DNA of 64,000 nt from Alphaproteobacteria bacterium (GTDB lineage Bacteria > Pseudomonadota > Alphaproteobacteria > MPNO01 > UBA830), in contig OZ251539.1 of NCBI GenBank assembly GCA_965243135.1, forward strand, positions 4,896,001 through 4,960,000, in the 5' to 3' direction. Every line of letters begins with the position of its first letter. Position 1 is the first letter of the stretch. The position numbers and the translations under genes were made by a program. Below, in pieces: positions 38,290 to 46,690 of this stretch. The notes under the pieces are model-generated. The model was given only the letters and a program-made list of their open reading frames with translations. It was not told the DNA's origin and ran no database searches.

Positions 38290-39147
38290 ATGATCGAGCT
38301 TGTCGACCTGCGCTACGTGCATCTGGGCGCGGCGAACCCCGACTCCGCCGCAAGATGGGCGCGCGAGATCTACGGCCTCGAGGAAGTGGGGCGGGAGAAC
38401 GGCCGGATCTATCTTCGGGGCGACGATCGCGACCACAACATCTGTTATTTCGACGGCGATCCGACGGACCATACGGTCGGCGTGGAGGTGGCGGATCACG
38501 AGGCGCTGGACGCGGCGGCGCGCCGTCTCGAAGCGAACGGCGTAGAAATCTCGTGGGGCGACGACGAGGGCGCGCTCGCGCGCCGCTGCAGGAAATACCT
38601 GACCTTCCGGGATCCGACGGGCAACCGGTTCGATCTCGTGGTTCGGCCGTTCCATTCCGGCCGCCGTTTCTTTCCGAGCCGGGACGCCGGCATCTACTGG
38701 TTCAACCATATCGGCCTCAAGACGACCGACGCGCCTCGGGACGAGAAATTCTGGTGCAGCCTGTTCAATTTCCGGGCCAACGACTGGATCGGGGACGCGG
38801 CGTTGATGTCGTTCGACAACGTGCATCACCGGTTCGCGCTGTTTCCCACCGACCGCGCCGGCGTTCAGCACATCAATTTCCAGGTGCGGGAGACCGACGA
38901 CATCATGCGGTCGTCCTACTTCCTGCAGGAACGCCAAGAGCGCATCGTCTTCGGCCCCGGCCGCCACGCGACCTCGGGCGCGCGCTTTCTCTATTTCGAG
39001 GGGCCGGACGGCATGGTCTACGAATACTCCTGCGGCGTCCGCATGATCGAACCGGAAGACGGCTGGCGGCCGCGCCAGTTTCCGTTCGTCCCCGAGTCGT
39101 TCTGCGTCTGGGGATCCAAGCCGGACGTTCCGGAATTCCGGGAATGA
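38290..39147 (+). CDS. Extradiol ring-cleavage dioxygenase (VOC), CmtC/DhbA-like
   Basis: MIELVDLRYVHLG...RDHNICY, HIGL, HHRFAL, QHINFQV, GPGRH, EYS and RPRQFP...FCVWGSKP. Confidence 0.85.
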   Translation: MIELVDLRYVHLGAANPDSAARWAREIYGLEEVGRENGRIYLRGDDRDHNICYFDGDPTDHTVGVEVADHEALDAAARRLEANGVEISWGDDEGALARRCRKYLTFRDPTGNRFDLVVRPFHSGRRFFPSRDAGIYWFNHIGLKTTDAPRDEKFWCSLFNFRANDWIGDAALMSFDNVHHRFALFPTDRAGVQHINFQVRETDDIMRSSYFLQERQERIVFGPGRHATSGARFLYFEGPDGMVYEYSCGVRMIEPEDGWRPRQFPFVPESFCVWGSKPDVPEFRE

Positions 39148-39827
39148 CGGACGGGGCGTTCGAACCGACGCAGCGCCGGGTCCGCGCGGCGGCCCGCGCG
39201 CTCGGTCGCAACGGCCTCGGACACGCCTACGGCCACGTCAGCGCCCGGCTCGACCCCGACCGCTTCCTTGTCTGCGCGCCGAAACCGATGGGACTGATCG
39301 CCCCCGGGGAGCCGGGCGCGGTCGTTCCGATCGACGGCCCGTTGCCCGAAGGCGTGCTCGGCGAGGTGCGGTGCCATCAGCAGATCTACAGGCGACGGCC
39401 GGACGTGAACGGCATCGCGCGCACCTTTCTGCGCGACGTCATGACTCTGTCCACTTTTCGCCGAACCCCCAAAGCGCGGATCGGGTTCGGGAGCTACTTC
39501 GCCCCGATGCCGCCTTTGTGGGACGACCCGGCGCTGTTGCGCGACGACGCGGCCGCCGCAGCGCTGGCGGAAACGCTTGGCGGCGCGCGAGCCGTCGTGA
39601 TGCGCGGCAACGGTTGCATCCTTACCGGCGCGACGGTCGAGGAAGCGATCGTCATGGCGTTCTATCTGGAAGAGGCGGCGAAGACGGAACTCGCCGTCAT
39701 GGCGACGGGCAAAGAGGACGAGTCTCAGGTGCTCTCGGATCGGGAGGCCCGAAGCCGTGCCGTAGCGTCGGGCCGCATATTCGAGCGCATGTGGGAATAT
39801 CTGTCGGCCGGAGATCCGGAACTCTGA
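39144..39827 (+). CDS. Class II aldolase/adducin family protein (CmtD/DhbB-like decarboxylase)
   Basis: AYGHVSAR, EVRCHQQIYRRRPDV and VVMRGNG; ATGA overlap with the dioxygenase. Confidence 0.82.
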   Translation: MTDGAFEPTQRRVRAAARALGRNGLGHAYGHVSARLDPDRFLVCAPKPMGLIAPGEPGAVVPIDGPLPEGVLGEVRCHQQIYRRRPDVNGIARTFLRDVMTLSTFRRTPKARIGFGSYFAPMPPLWDDPALLRDDAAAAALAETLGGARAVVMRGNGCILTGATVEEAIVMAFYLEEAAKTELAVMATGKEDESQVLSDREARSRAVASGRIFERMWEYLSAGDPEL

Positions 39828-40031
39828 CGGTTCCCGCGAGAAGCCGCGCTTCGTCGGAGTGACGACGGCCGACCGCGGCGGAAGAGCTGGCGCTTCGGGC
39901 CGAGGGAGTGGCGGTCATGAAATTCCCGACCGCCCGTTCGATGACCGCGGCCAACGGACGCCAATCCGGTATCCGGCCCGACGCGGCTGCGATATAGTGG
40001 TTGCCGCAAGTCGCAAAAATGGGGACCAAGC

Positions 40032-41630
40032 ATGCCGGATCGTCCGAACTTCCTCTTCATCATTACCGACCAGCAGCGCGCCGATCATCTCGGCAGTTCG
40101 GGCCACCCGGTTCTGAAGACGCCTCACATCGATTCCATCGCCGCGCGCGGAACGCGCTTCGACCGCTTTTACGTCGCCACCCCCGTCTGCCAGCCCAACC
40201 GCTCGACGCTGATGACCGGCCGGATGCCGTCGCTGCACGGCGTGCGCTCCAACGGAACCTCGCTCGACATGCGCGCCAGCACCTTCGTCGAAGCGATGCG
40301 GCTTACCGGATACGCGACCGCTCTGGTGGGCAAGAGCCATATTCAGAACATGACCGCATTCCCGCCCATGCGCGAGCGGCCGGCGCCGAAGGACGGATAC
40401 GCGTCGCTGCGCGACGTGATGCCGGAAGCCTTCGCGGCGGATTCCGAAGGAGACTATCTGCAGGAGCATCCGGAGAGGTGGCGGCCGGGCAAACCCTACG
40501 ACCTGACGCTGCCTTTCTACGGCTTCGAGCGCGTGGACCTGTGCACGGAGCATTCGGACCATGTCGGCGGGCATTACTACGTTTGGTTCAAGGAGCGGCG
40601 GAGCGACGCGGACAGCCTGCGCGACCGCGACAATCAGTTGCCGCACGACTACGTTTGTCCGCAAGCCTACCGCACTGCGATCCCGGAAGAGCATTATCCG
40701 ACGAGCTACGTCAAGCTTAAGACGATGGAGTTCATCGACCGGCACGCCGCGAGCGGCGCCGACAAGCCGTTCTTCCTGATGGCGTCCTTCCCGGATCCGC
40801 ATCATCCATTCACCCCTCCCGGCCGTTATTGGGACATGTACAGCCCGGAGGACATGGAAGTTCCGGCGAGCTACGACTACGGCAATCGACAGCCGCCGCC
40901 GCACGTTAAATGGGCTCGCGAATCCAGGGCGGCGGGAAAAGCGGTGGTGACTTCCCAGAACGCTTTCGCCGTCGACGAGCGCGAGGTGCGCGAGGCGCGC
41001 GCGCTGACTTGCGGCATGATCGCGATGATCGACGATGCGGTGGGAGAAATTCTCGGCAGACTCGAAGCGGCGGGACTCGCCGACGATACGATCGTCGTCT
41101 TCACCTCCGACCACGGCGACTTTCTCGGCGACCACGGATTGATGCTGAAAGGGCCGGCGCATTTCGAGGGGTTGACGCGAGTGCCGTTCATATGGGCGGA
41201 ACCGGGCGCGGCGGCGCGAACCACCGACAGCCTCGCCGGCACGATCGATATCGCGCAGACCGTCCTCGATCGCGCCCGGATCGAACCGTACAACGGCATC
41301 CAGGGCCGAAGTCTGCTCGCCGCGGCCGCAGGCGCCGACGATCCGGACGAAGTGGACTCCGTTGTCGTCGAAGACGACCAGCAACGGGTGTATTTCGGCT
41401 ACGACAGCCCGCCGCGCATTCGCACGATCGTTACGCGCACCCATCGCATGACCGTGTCCCGAGAGGCCGAGTGGGGAGAGCTATACGATCTCGCGAACGA
41501 TCCCGACGAAATGGAAAATCTTTTCCACGATCCGGCGCACGCCGCGCTGCGCGGCGAGTTGTTCGAGCGTCTGGCCTACCGTCAGATGGAACTCGTCGAC
41601 ACCAGCCCGATGCCGACCATGCGGGCGTGA
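40032..41630 (+). CDS. Formylglycine-dependent sulfatase
   Basis: PNFLFIITDQQR, CQPNRSTLMTGR (CxPxR), DPHHPF and FTSDHGD. Confidence 0.94.
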   Translation: MPDRPNFLFIITDQQRADHLGSSGHPVLKTPHIDSIAARGTRFDRFYVATPVCQPNRSTLMTGRMPSLHGVRSNGTSLDMRASTFVEAMRLTGYATALVGKSHIQNMTAFPPMRERPAPKDGYASLRDVMPEAFAADSEGDYLQEHPERWRPGKPYDLTLPFYGFERVDLCTEHSDHVGGHYYVWFKERRSDADSLRDRDNQLPHDYVCPQAYRTAIPEEHYPTSYVKLKTMEFIDRHAASGADKPFFLMASFPDPHHPFTPPGRYWDMYSPEDMEVPASYDYGNRQPPPHVKWARESRAAGKAVVTSQNAFAVDEREVREARALTCGMIAMIDDAVGEILGRLEAAGLADDTIVVFTSDHGDFLGDHGLMLKGPAHFEGLTRVPFIWAEPGAAARTTDSLAGTIDIAQTVLDRARIEPYNGIQGRSLLAAAAGADDPDEVDSVVVEDDQQRVYFGYDSPPRIRTIVTRTHRMTVSREAEWGELYDLANDPDEMENLFHDPAHAALRGELFERLAYRQMELVDTSPMPTMRA

Positions 41631-41826
41631 ACGAAGCGACCCTGCCGCTCCCTGGCCCGGCGCCGGTCGTTTCTTTTCGGCGGAGGCTCTCTTTCGCGAA
41701 CCGGCGCTCGCGCGCCGCCTGCGTTCTCCGACAACCGAACGCTCGTCTTCAGGCGTCGCGCCATGTCGGCGCCGTTTTGCCCGGCGAGCGAACGCAGAGA
41801 AAACAACAGGCGAGCGCTCCGTTCCA

Positions 41827-41916
41827 CTAGGAGCAGTGCCGCTCTCCGTCGGAGAGTTCCAGCCCTTTGTACGCAGGATGATCTTCGTAACGTCCGACAA
41901 GTTCGTGGAGGATCAT
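41827..41916 (-). pseudogene. Truncated N-terminus of a probable Fic-family protein
   Basis: ATG overlaps the upstream stop (ATGA). MILHELVGRYEDHPAYKGLELSDGERHCS* resembles, from recollection, the start of Fic proteins that follow such small genes. Premature TAG. Confidence 0.45.
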
Positions 41917-42104
41917 GCTGCGGGCCGCTTCCCAGCCATCCTGTCAAGATAATCCGCGACCTCCTTGCGAGTGATCTTGCTTTTGCTGCTCAGCGTTCCC
42001 ATGATGAAGGAGATCTTTTGGGCCCGCACTTGCTCCTCCGTCATGTTTTGCCCAGCCTTTTTTAACTCCTCCAGCACCTCGTCTATGTTCGGCCGACTGT
42101 TCAC
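41913..42104 (-). CDS. Small helical protein, putative antitoxin
   Basis: 63 aa, low GC, MTEEQVRAQKISFIMG motif; translationally coupled to the truncated ORF. Confidence 0.6.
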   Translation of the reverse strand: MNSRPNIDEVLEELKKAGQNMTEEQVRAQKISFIMGTLSSKSKITRKEVADYLDRMAGKRPAA

Positions 42105-42412
42105 TTCTGGAATCCCCTTTCAACTTCCCAGAGTCTGAATCTATCGCGAAACGGGAAAGAAGTCGATACCCACTTCGCTTCAAGAGTCGCACAAAATCAT
42201 AGCCAGCCGGGAAAAGGAGCGCTCCATGCGGTTAACGACCGCCGAGGAAGGAAGCGCCCTGCAGACTGCGACGATCAAAAACCGGCAGGTCGCGAAGGCG
42301 ACCGAATCGCTGCGAGCGCCACCGCCGGCGGGCTTCGGCGGGGATTCGAAGGGGCGTAGGACGCGCCTCTTCGGATGCGCAATCCCGCCCGATCTTCGGA
42401 AAGCGAGCGGAG

Positions 42413-43375
42413 CTACCCGAGCAGCAAGGCGACGTTTCCGGACAGCATGCGTTCGCCCTCGGGTCCGATCGCGCGGATGTCGTCAACGAACTTTTTCACG
42501 ACCCCCGGATCCCTGATTTCCTGGGGATAGTCGCTGCCGAACACGATCCGGTCGGCGGGCAGTTCAATAATGGCGGATCGCACCGATCGCGCATCGCCGC
42601 AGAATCCCGCGGTGTCGAACGCAAGCCGTTCGCGAACGTAGTGATCGAAGCTCTTTTCCGGCAGGCGGCCGTGACGCGGGTCTCCGTCCGTGCCCCAGAA
42701 CCGCTTATCCTGATAGCCGCGAATGCGACCGAGTAAGGACGCGATGCCGCCGCCGAGATGCGCGATATGGACGACCAGATCGGGAAAGCGGTCGAGCGCG
42801 CCGCCGTTGACCAGCCGAATGACCGCCTGGACCAGGGAAAACTCCCGCCCCACGGACCGCGCCAGATCGTATGCGTCGAACTGTTCGGGGTAGGTCAGCC
42901 GCAACGCCGGGTGAATGAAGACGAACATTCCGAGCTTCTGGCATTCCGCCCAGAACGGGTCGAGCACCGGGTCGTCGATCGTGACGCCGTCGAACTCCGT
43001 TGTGATCACCGCGCCGCGAAATCCAAGCTCGTGGCGGCACCTCGCCAGTTCGGCGAACGCCTCGGCACCGCCCAACGGGTGCGCATGGGCGAATCCGGCG
43101 AACCGCCCGGGATAATTCTTCTCGGCCTCGCGCGCGCGGTCGTTTATGAGCCGGCTGCGCTCGAGTTCGGCGCACATGCCGCCGGCGCAGGAAAGCATGG
43201 CGAGATCGATTCCGGCCTCATCCATCATTTCGACATGCGCGTCCAGATCGAACAGCAGCGAATGGAAACTGTAGGACGGAACGCCGTTGGGATCGAAGAA
43301 CGTCCTGGATTCTCCGCCGAAGCCTTCCGGAAACAGTTCCAGCGGCGTGAAATGGTGCTGAAAATCGACGATCAT
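42413..43375 (-). CDS. Amidohydrolase-2 family protein (decarboxylase/hydratase type)
   Basis: IVDFQHHFTP, VFIHP, IAHLGGG, FDTA and RIVFGSDYP. Confidence 0.9.
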   Translation of the reverse strand: MIVDFQHHFTPLELFPEGFGGESRTFFDPNGVPSYSFHSLLFDLDAHVEMMDEAGIDLAMLSCAGGMCAELERSRLINDRAREAEKNYPGRFAGFAHAHPLGGAEAFAELARCRHELGFRGAVITTEFDGVTIDDPVLDPFWAECQKLGMFVFIHPALRLTYPEQFDAYDLARSVGREFSLVQAVIRLVNGGALDRFPDLVVHIAHLGGGIASLLGRIRGYQDKRFWGTDGDPRHGRLPEKSFDHYVRERLAFDTAGFCGDARSVRSAIIELPADRIVFGSDYPQEIRDPGVVKKFVDDIRAIGPEGERMLSGNVALLLG

Positions 43376-43412
43376 TCCCCTTCCCTCCGTCTGCGGCGCA
43401 ACCGCGGCCCGC

Positions 43413-44522
43413 TCATACGTGCCGCTCGATCCAGTCGAAGACGAGCGGACCGTGGTGGACCCAGCAATCGTGCGAGCAATGCACCATGCCGCCCTCCGCG
43501 GGATCTTCGAATACGACCAGCCGCTTGTCCGCGGAGCCGATCTCGGAGAACAGTCGCCTGGCACCTTCGACGTTCATCAGCCGGTCGCCGACGCCGTGGG
43601 TCATCAGGGTCGGCGCGGCGATCTTCGACGCGAGCCCTTCCATCGAGAACGCCCTGAGCCGCTCGCGCGCCTCCGCGTCGGAAACGCCGCCGAGCAGGCG
43701 CCGGACGGTGGGCTGCAGGTGTTCGTAGAAGAGGTAGAGATCGTCGAGGATCGAGTAGCAGCCGCACCAGGAAACGAGCGCGCAGATGCGATCCTCGAAG
43801 GCGGCGACCCGCGGCGCGTAGTATCCGCCCATGGAGATTCCCATCAAGCCCACGCGGGCGGGATCGATTTCCGGACGGGCGAAGAGCCAATCCAGACAGG
43901 CCTTGCCAGGCACTTCGTAGTCGGGTCGGGTCGGTATGCCCTTCAGGTACATGGACGATCCGCGACCGGGCGTATCGACGAGCAGCAGCGCGTAGCCGCG
44001 CTCGACCAGCTCGCGGCCCGAGAAATAGATCTCTTCGGCGAAGGCGTCCGCGCCGCCGATAAAGAAAATGGCCGGCCATTTGCCGGGCTTCGGATTGCGC
44101 GGATGGCAGAAATAACCATCGTACTCCTCGTCGCCGCACCGTACCGTAATCGTCTCGATCGGGGGATCGTGCAGCTTCGCCGCCTCCCGGAAACAGGTTT
44201 GGGAATGCGCGAAGCAGGACGCCTTGTCGTCGTTGCGCTCAATGGTGAGAAAGACGTCGGCCATGCGCCAGTACTGATTGGCGGCGAAGAAATACCGCAT
44301 TGCGGTGCGTTCGCTTCCGGCGGCGAGCGCGTTTCGGGCGCGGGCCTCCGTGTCCCCGGCCTTGGCGGTCCATGCGCTTTCCCAGCCCGCCTTGTCGCCC
44401 GGCTCGATGCCGCGGCACACGCGCGCGATCTCGAAGACGTCGCCGCCGCCCTCCCCGGCCTCCGCCACAAGCCTCAACGTCTGGGAGCCGAAAGGCTCCG
44501 TCGGAAAAAAGAAATCGAACAT
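43413..44522 (-). CDS. Alpha/beta hydrolase, 2,6-dihydroxypseudooxynicotine hydrolase/FrsA-like
   Basis: GGADAFAEE, DTPGRG, GISMGGYYAPR (nucleophile elbow) and GGMVHC. Confidence 0.85.
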   Translation of the reverse strand: MFDFFFPTEPFGSQTLRLVAEAGEGGGDVFEIARVCRGIEPGDKAGWESAWTAKAGDTEARARNALAAGSERTAMRYFFAANQYWRMADVFLTIERNDDKASCFAHSQTCFREAAKLHDPPIETITVRCGDEEYDGYFCHPRNPKPGKWPAIFFIGGADAFAEEIYFSGRELVERGYALLLVDTPGRGSSMYLKGIPTRPDYEVPGKACLDWLFARPEIDPARVGLMGISMGGYYAPRVAAFEDRICALVSWCGCYSILDDLYLFYEHLQPTVRRLLGGVSDAEARERLRAFSMEGLASKIAAPTLMTHGVGDRLMNVEGARRLFSEIGSADKRLVVFEDPAEGGMVHCSHDCWVHHGPLVFDWIERHV

Positions 44523-44821
44523 CCCCGCGCTCTCCCCGTTCGCCAAGCAACAGTTATACCCGAACCGGCCGGCCGCCGGGACGCAGCGCGGCCGACGCGG
44601 CGTCGGAGTCCACCGATTTTCCGCGGTGCCGGAAGTCCGTGTCTCATGGCCTCCCCGGAGGAAATCGGAGCAGGCGGCGATACCCCACCCGAACGGTGGA
44701 GCGCAGCTCTCCCGGCCGCAAGCCCGGTGCCCTCCCTTGCGGCCGCGCCGCCGATGGCCAACGATTCCGCAGCTGGCGACGGTTAATTTGGCGAAAACAA
44801 CCGCCGTTTCGAACGATTGCC

Positions 44822-45274
44822 CTAAAGGTCCTGATAATGCGTGAAGTTGAATGCGCTGCCATCTTCCTTTTTCGATGCAGAGATAAAGAGATCAAGGTCG
44901 ACCGTGAGCAACGGCCTTTTTTTCGAAACGACGTCGAGAAGAACGGCATCGGTGAGACCGAGCCTGCTGAATGACCGGCTTTGCATTGCGGTGGCGCTGG
45001 CAACGACAATTTCTTCGCTGCTCTGAACTACTTTTTTGAGCATATTGAGATATCGCTGATCGCTCCTGGATTCGAGAAGATTGGAAGCTTCAGTCAATAT
45101 ATTTGGCGTAACGAAAACCGACTTCAAGGGTTCGATTATTCTCAGCAAGCGATCATAATCCGCCGAGGTGAACATCTTTGTCCGACGATGCTTTCCGACC
45201 TGATTTCGGTCAACGGATCCGACAACGAGAAGCACGAGTAGATTTGTGTCGATAAACGCTTCGGCGGTGCGCAT
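44822..45274 (-). CDS. PIN-domain ribonuclease-like protein
   Basis: FIDTNLLVL, TPNILTEASN, LGLTDAVL and LLTVDLDL (acidic PIN residues); low GC. Confidence 0.88.
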   Translation of the reverse strand: MRTAEAFIDTNLLVLLVVGSVDRNQVGKHRRTKMFTSADYDRLLRIIEPLKSVFVTPNILTEASNLLESRSDQRYLNMLKKVVQSSEEIVVASATAMQSRSFSRLGLTDAVLLDVVSKKRPLLTVDLDLFISASKKEDGSAFNFTHYQDL

Positions 45275-45284
45275 CGGTCGGACT

Positions 45285-45581
45285 TCAAATCGTCGGCGGG
45301 CGATTTGTCATGGATATAACCTTGCCGGTTCGGTCGTCGATCTGAACGATCTTGTACGATCGCCTTCTCCACTCGGGAATTTGCCCCTCCGACGCCGCGG
45401 ACAATGCGTCCGCCAAATTTTTTATCTGATCCCACGGCCGGTTAAAGCCGACCGTCATCTTCCAGACAACAGCTTCGCCATCATATACAACCTCTTCAAG
45501 GCCTAAGTTTTCTATGCTTTCTCCCTCGAAAATTTCTACGACGTATTTTTTTGCTGTCTCTACGGCTTCCTTGACGTCCAT
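45285..45581 (-). CDS. Hypothetical protein, partner of the PIN gene
   Basis: MDVKEAVETAKKYV...LGLEEV...WKMTVGF...RSYKIVQID..GKVISM; 10 bp from the PIN start; low GC. Confidence 0.8.
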   Translation of the reverse strand: MDVKEAVETAKKYVVEIFEGESIENLGLEEVVYDGEAVVWKMTVGFNRPWDQIKNLADALSAASEGQIPEWRRRSYKIVQIDDRTGKVISMTNRPPTI

Positions 45582-45997
45582 TCCGTTCCCCCCAATCAAC
45601 CCTGAATCGCAACGTCGGCAATCTCTGTCGCGAGGGCAATATCGACCCGGGCTGGTCGGCGAGTCAAGGAGCTAGAGCGGTGAGCGCGTTCGCTGCAAGG
45701 AGGCACAGCCCCACCGCAGCGAAAAGGTCCTTTCCCGTCTGGACCGATGCCTGATCTCTGCGGGGAGGGGAGTCAGCGCATCCAAGATGAATAGGCGGCG
45801 GAACGCCATTGAACGAGCCGCCAGCTACGTGGTCCCGAACGAGGTCACCGGCGCGGATTCGCGGCATGAGCGCGTCGCGCGCGCGTTTTCGCGGCGAACC
45901 TCGCCAACCGGCTCGATCCCTCGCCTCGCCGCCGGCCCGTACTGTCCTCGCGACGGAGATTCCCGCTCGCCTGCATCACGCTTAGGGGAGCGCCGAA

Positions 45998-46690
45998 TCA
46001 AACCTCGATATGCGACAGGAGTCGATCGCGACCGATATCCGGCGCGCTGCCCCGAAGAACCGGTCTGCCCTGATCCATGACTAGAAACTCGTCGGCGATC
46101 GCCTCGGCGAGACGCAAGTGCTGCTCCACGACCACGACGCTGCCGCCATTCGCCTTTCGCTCTAGAATGAAGCGTTTCATGCGCTCGATGTTTTCGGACT
46201 GCACCCCTTCGGACGGTTCGTCCAGCAGCGTCGCCGCGCCCTCCTCGGTCATCGCGCGCGCGAAGGACAGGATCTTGCGTTCGCCGCCGCTCAGCGTTCC
46301 GGCGATCTGCGGCAATCGCCTTTCCAGAACGGGAAACGCCTCGAAGTAAGGTTCGCAGCGCTCCAGCGACGACGGCGCCCGCATCAGCGTCAGGTTGTCG
46401 CGCACGGAAAGGCTGTCGAACACCGGACGTTCCTGCATCGCATAGCTCAGGCCCAGCCGCCGCCTGCGGTCCGGCGAAAGGTCGTTGAGAACGACTCCGT
46501 CGAGGAATATCTCGCCCGAACGGCACCTCAGATGTCCGGACAGGATCTTCATAAGCGTGCTCTTGCCGACGCCGTTGCGTCCCAATACGCAGAGGCAACG
46601 GCCGTTCGGAACCTCTCCCGAAATCTCGCGCACGATCGTCATTCCGCCGTATCCGCCGGACACGTTCGCGAACCGCATCCCGGCGCTCAC
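45998..46690 (-). CDS. ABC ATP-binding protein (UrtE/LivF-like)
   Basis: GRNGVGKST, LSGGE and LLDEPSEGVQ. Confidence 0.92.
   Translation of the reverse strand: MSAGMRFANVSGGYGGMTIVREISGEVPNGRCLCVLGRNGVGKSTLMKILSGHLRCRSGEIFLDGVVLNDLSPDRRRRLGLSYAMQERPVFDSLSVRDNLTLMRAPSSLERCEPYFEAFPVLERRLPQIAGTLSGGERKILSFARAMTEEGAATLLDEPSEGVQSENIERMKRFILERKANGGSVVVVEQHLRLAEAIADEFLVMDQGRPVLRGSAPDIGRDRLLSHIEV

Noticed and set aside
45660-45850. Possible IS end or structured RNA next to the PIN island (CTAGAGCGGT...)
   Set aside because: No partner inverted repeat, transposase fragment or recognisable RNA family found.
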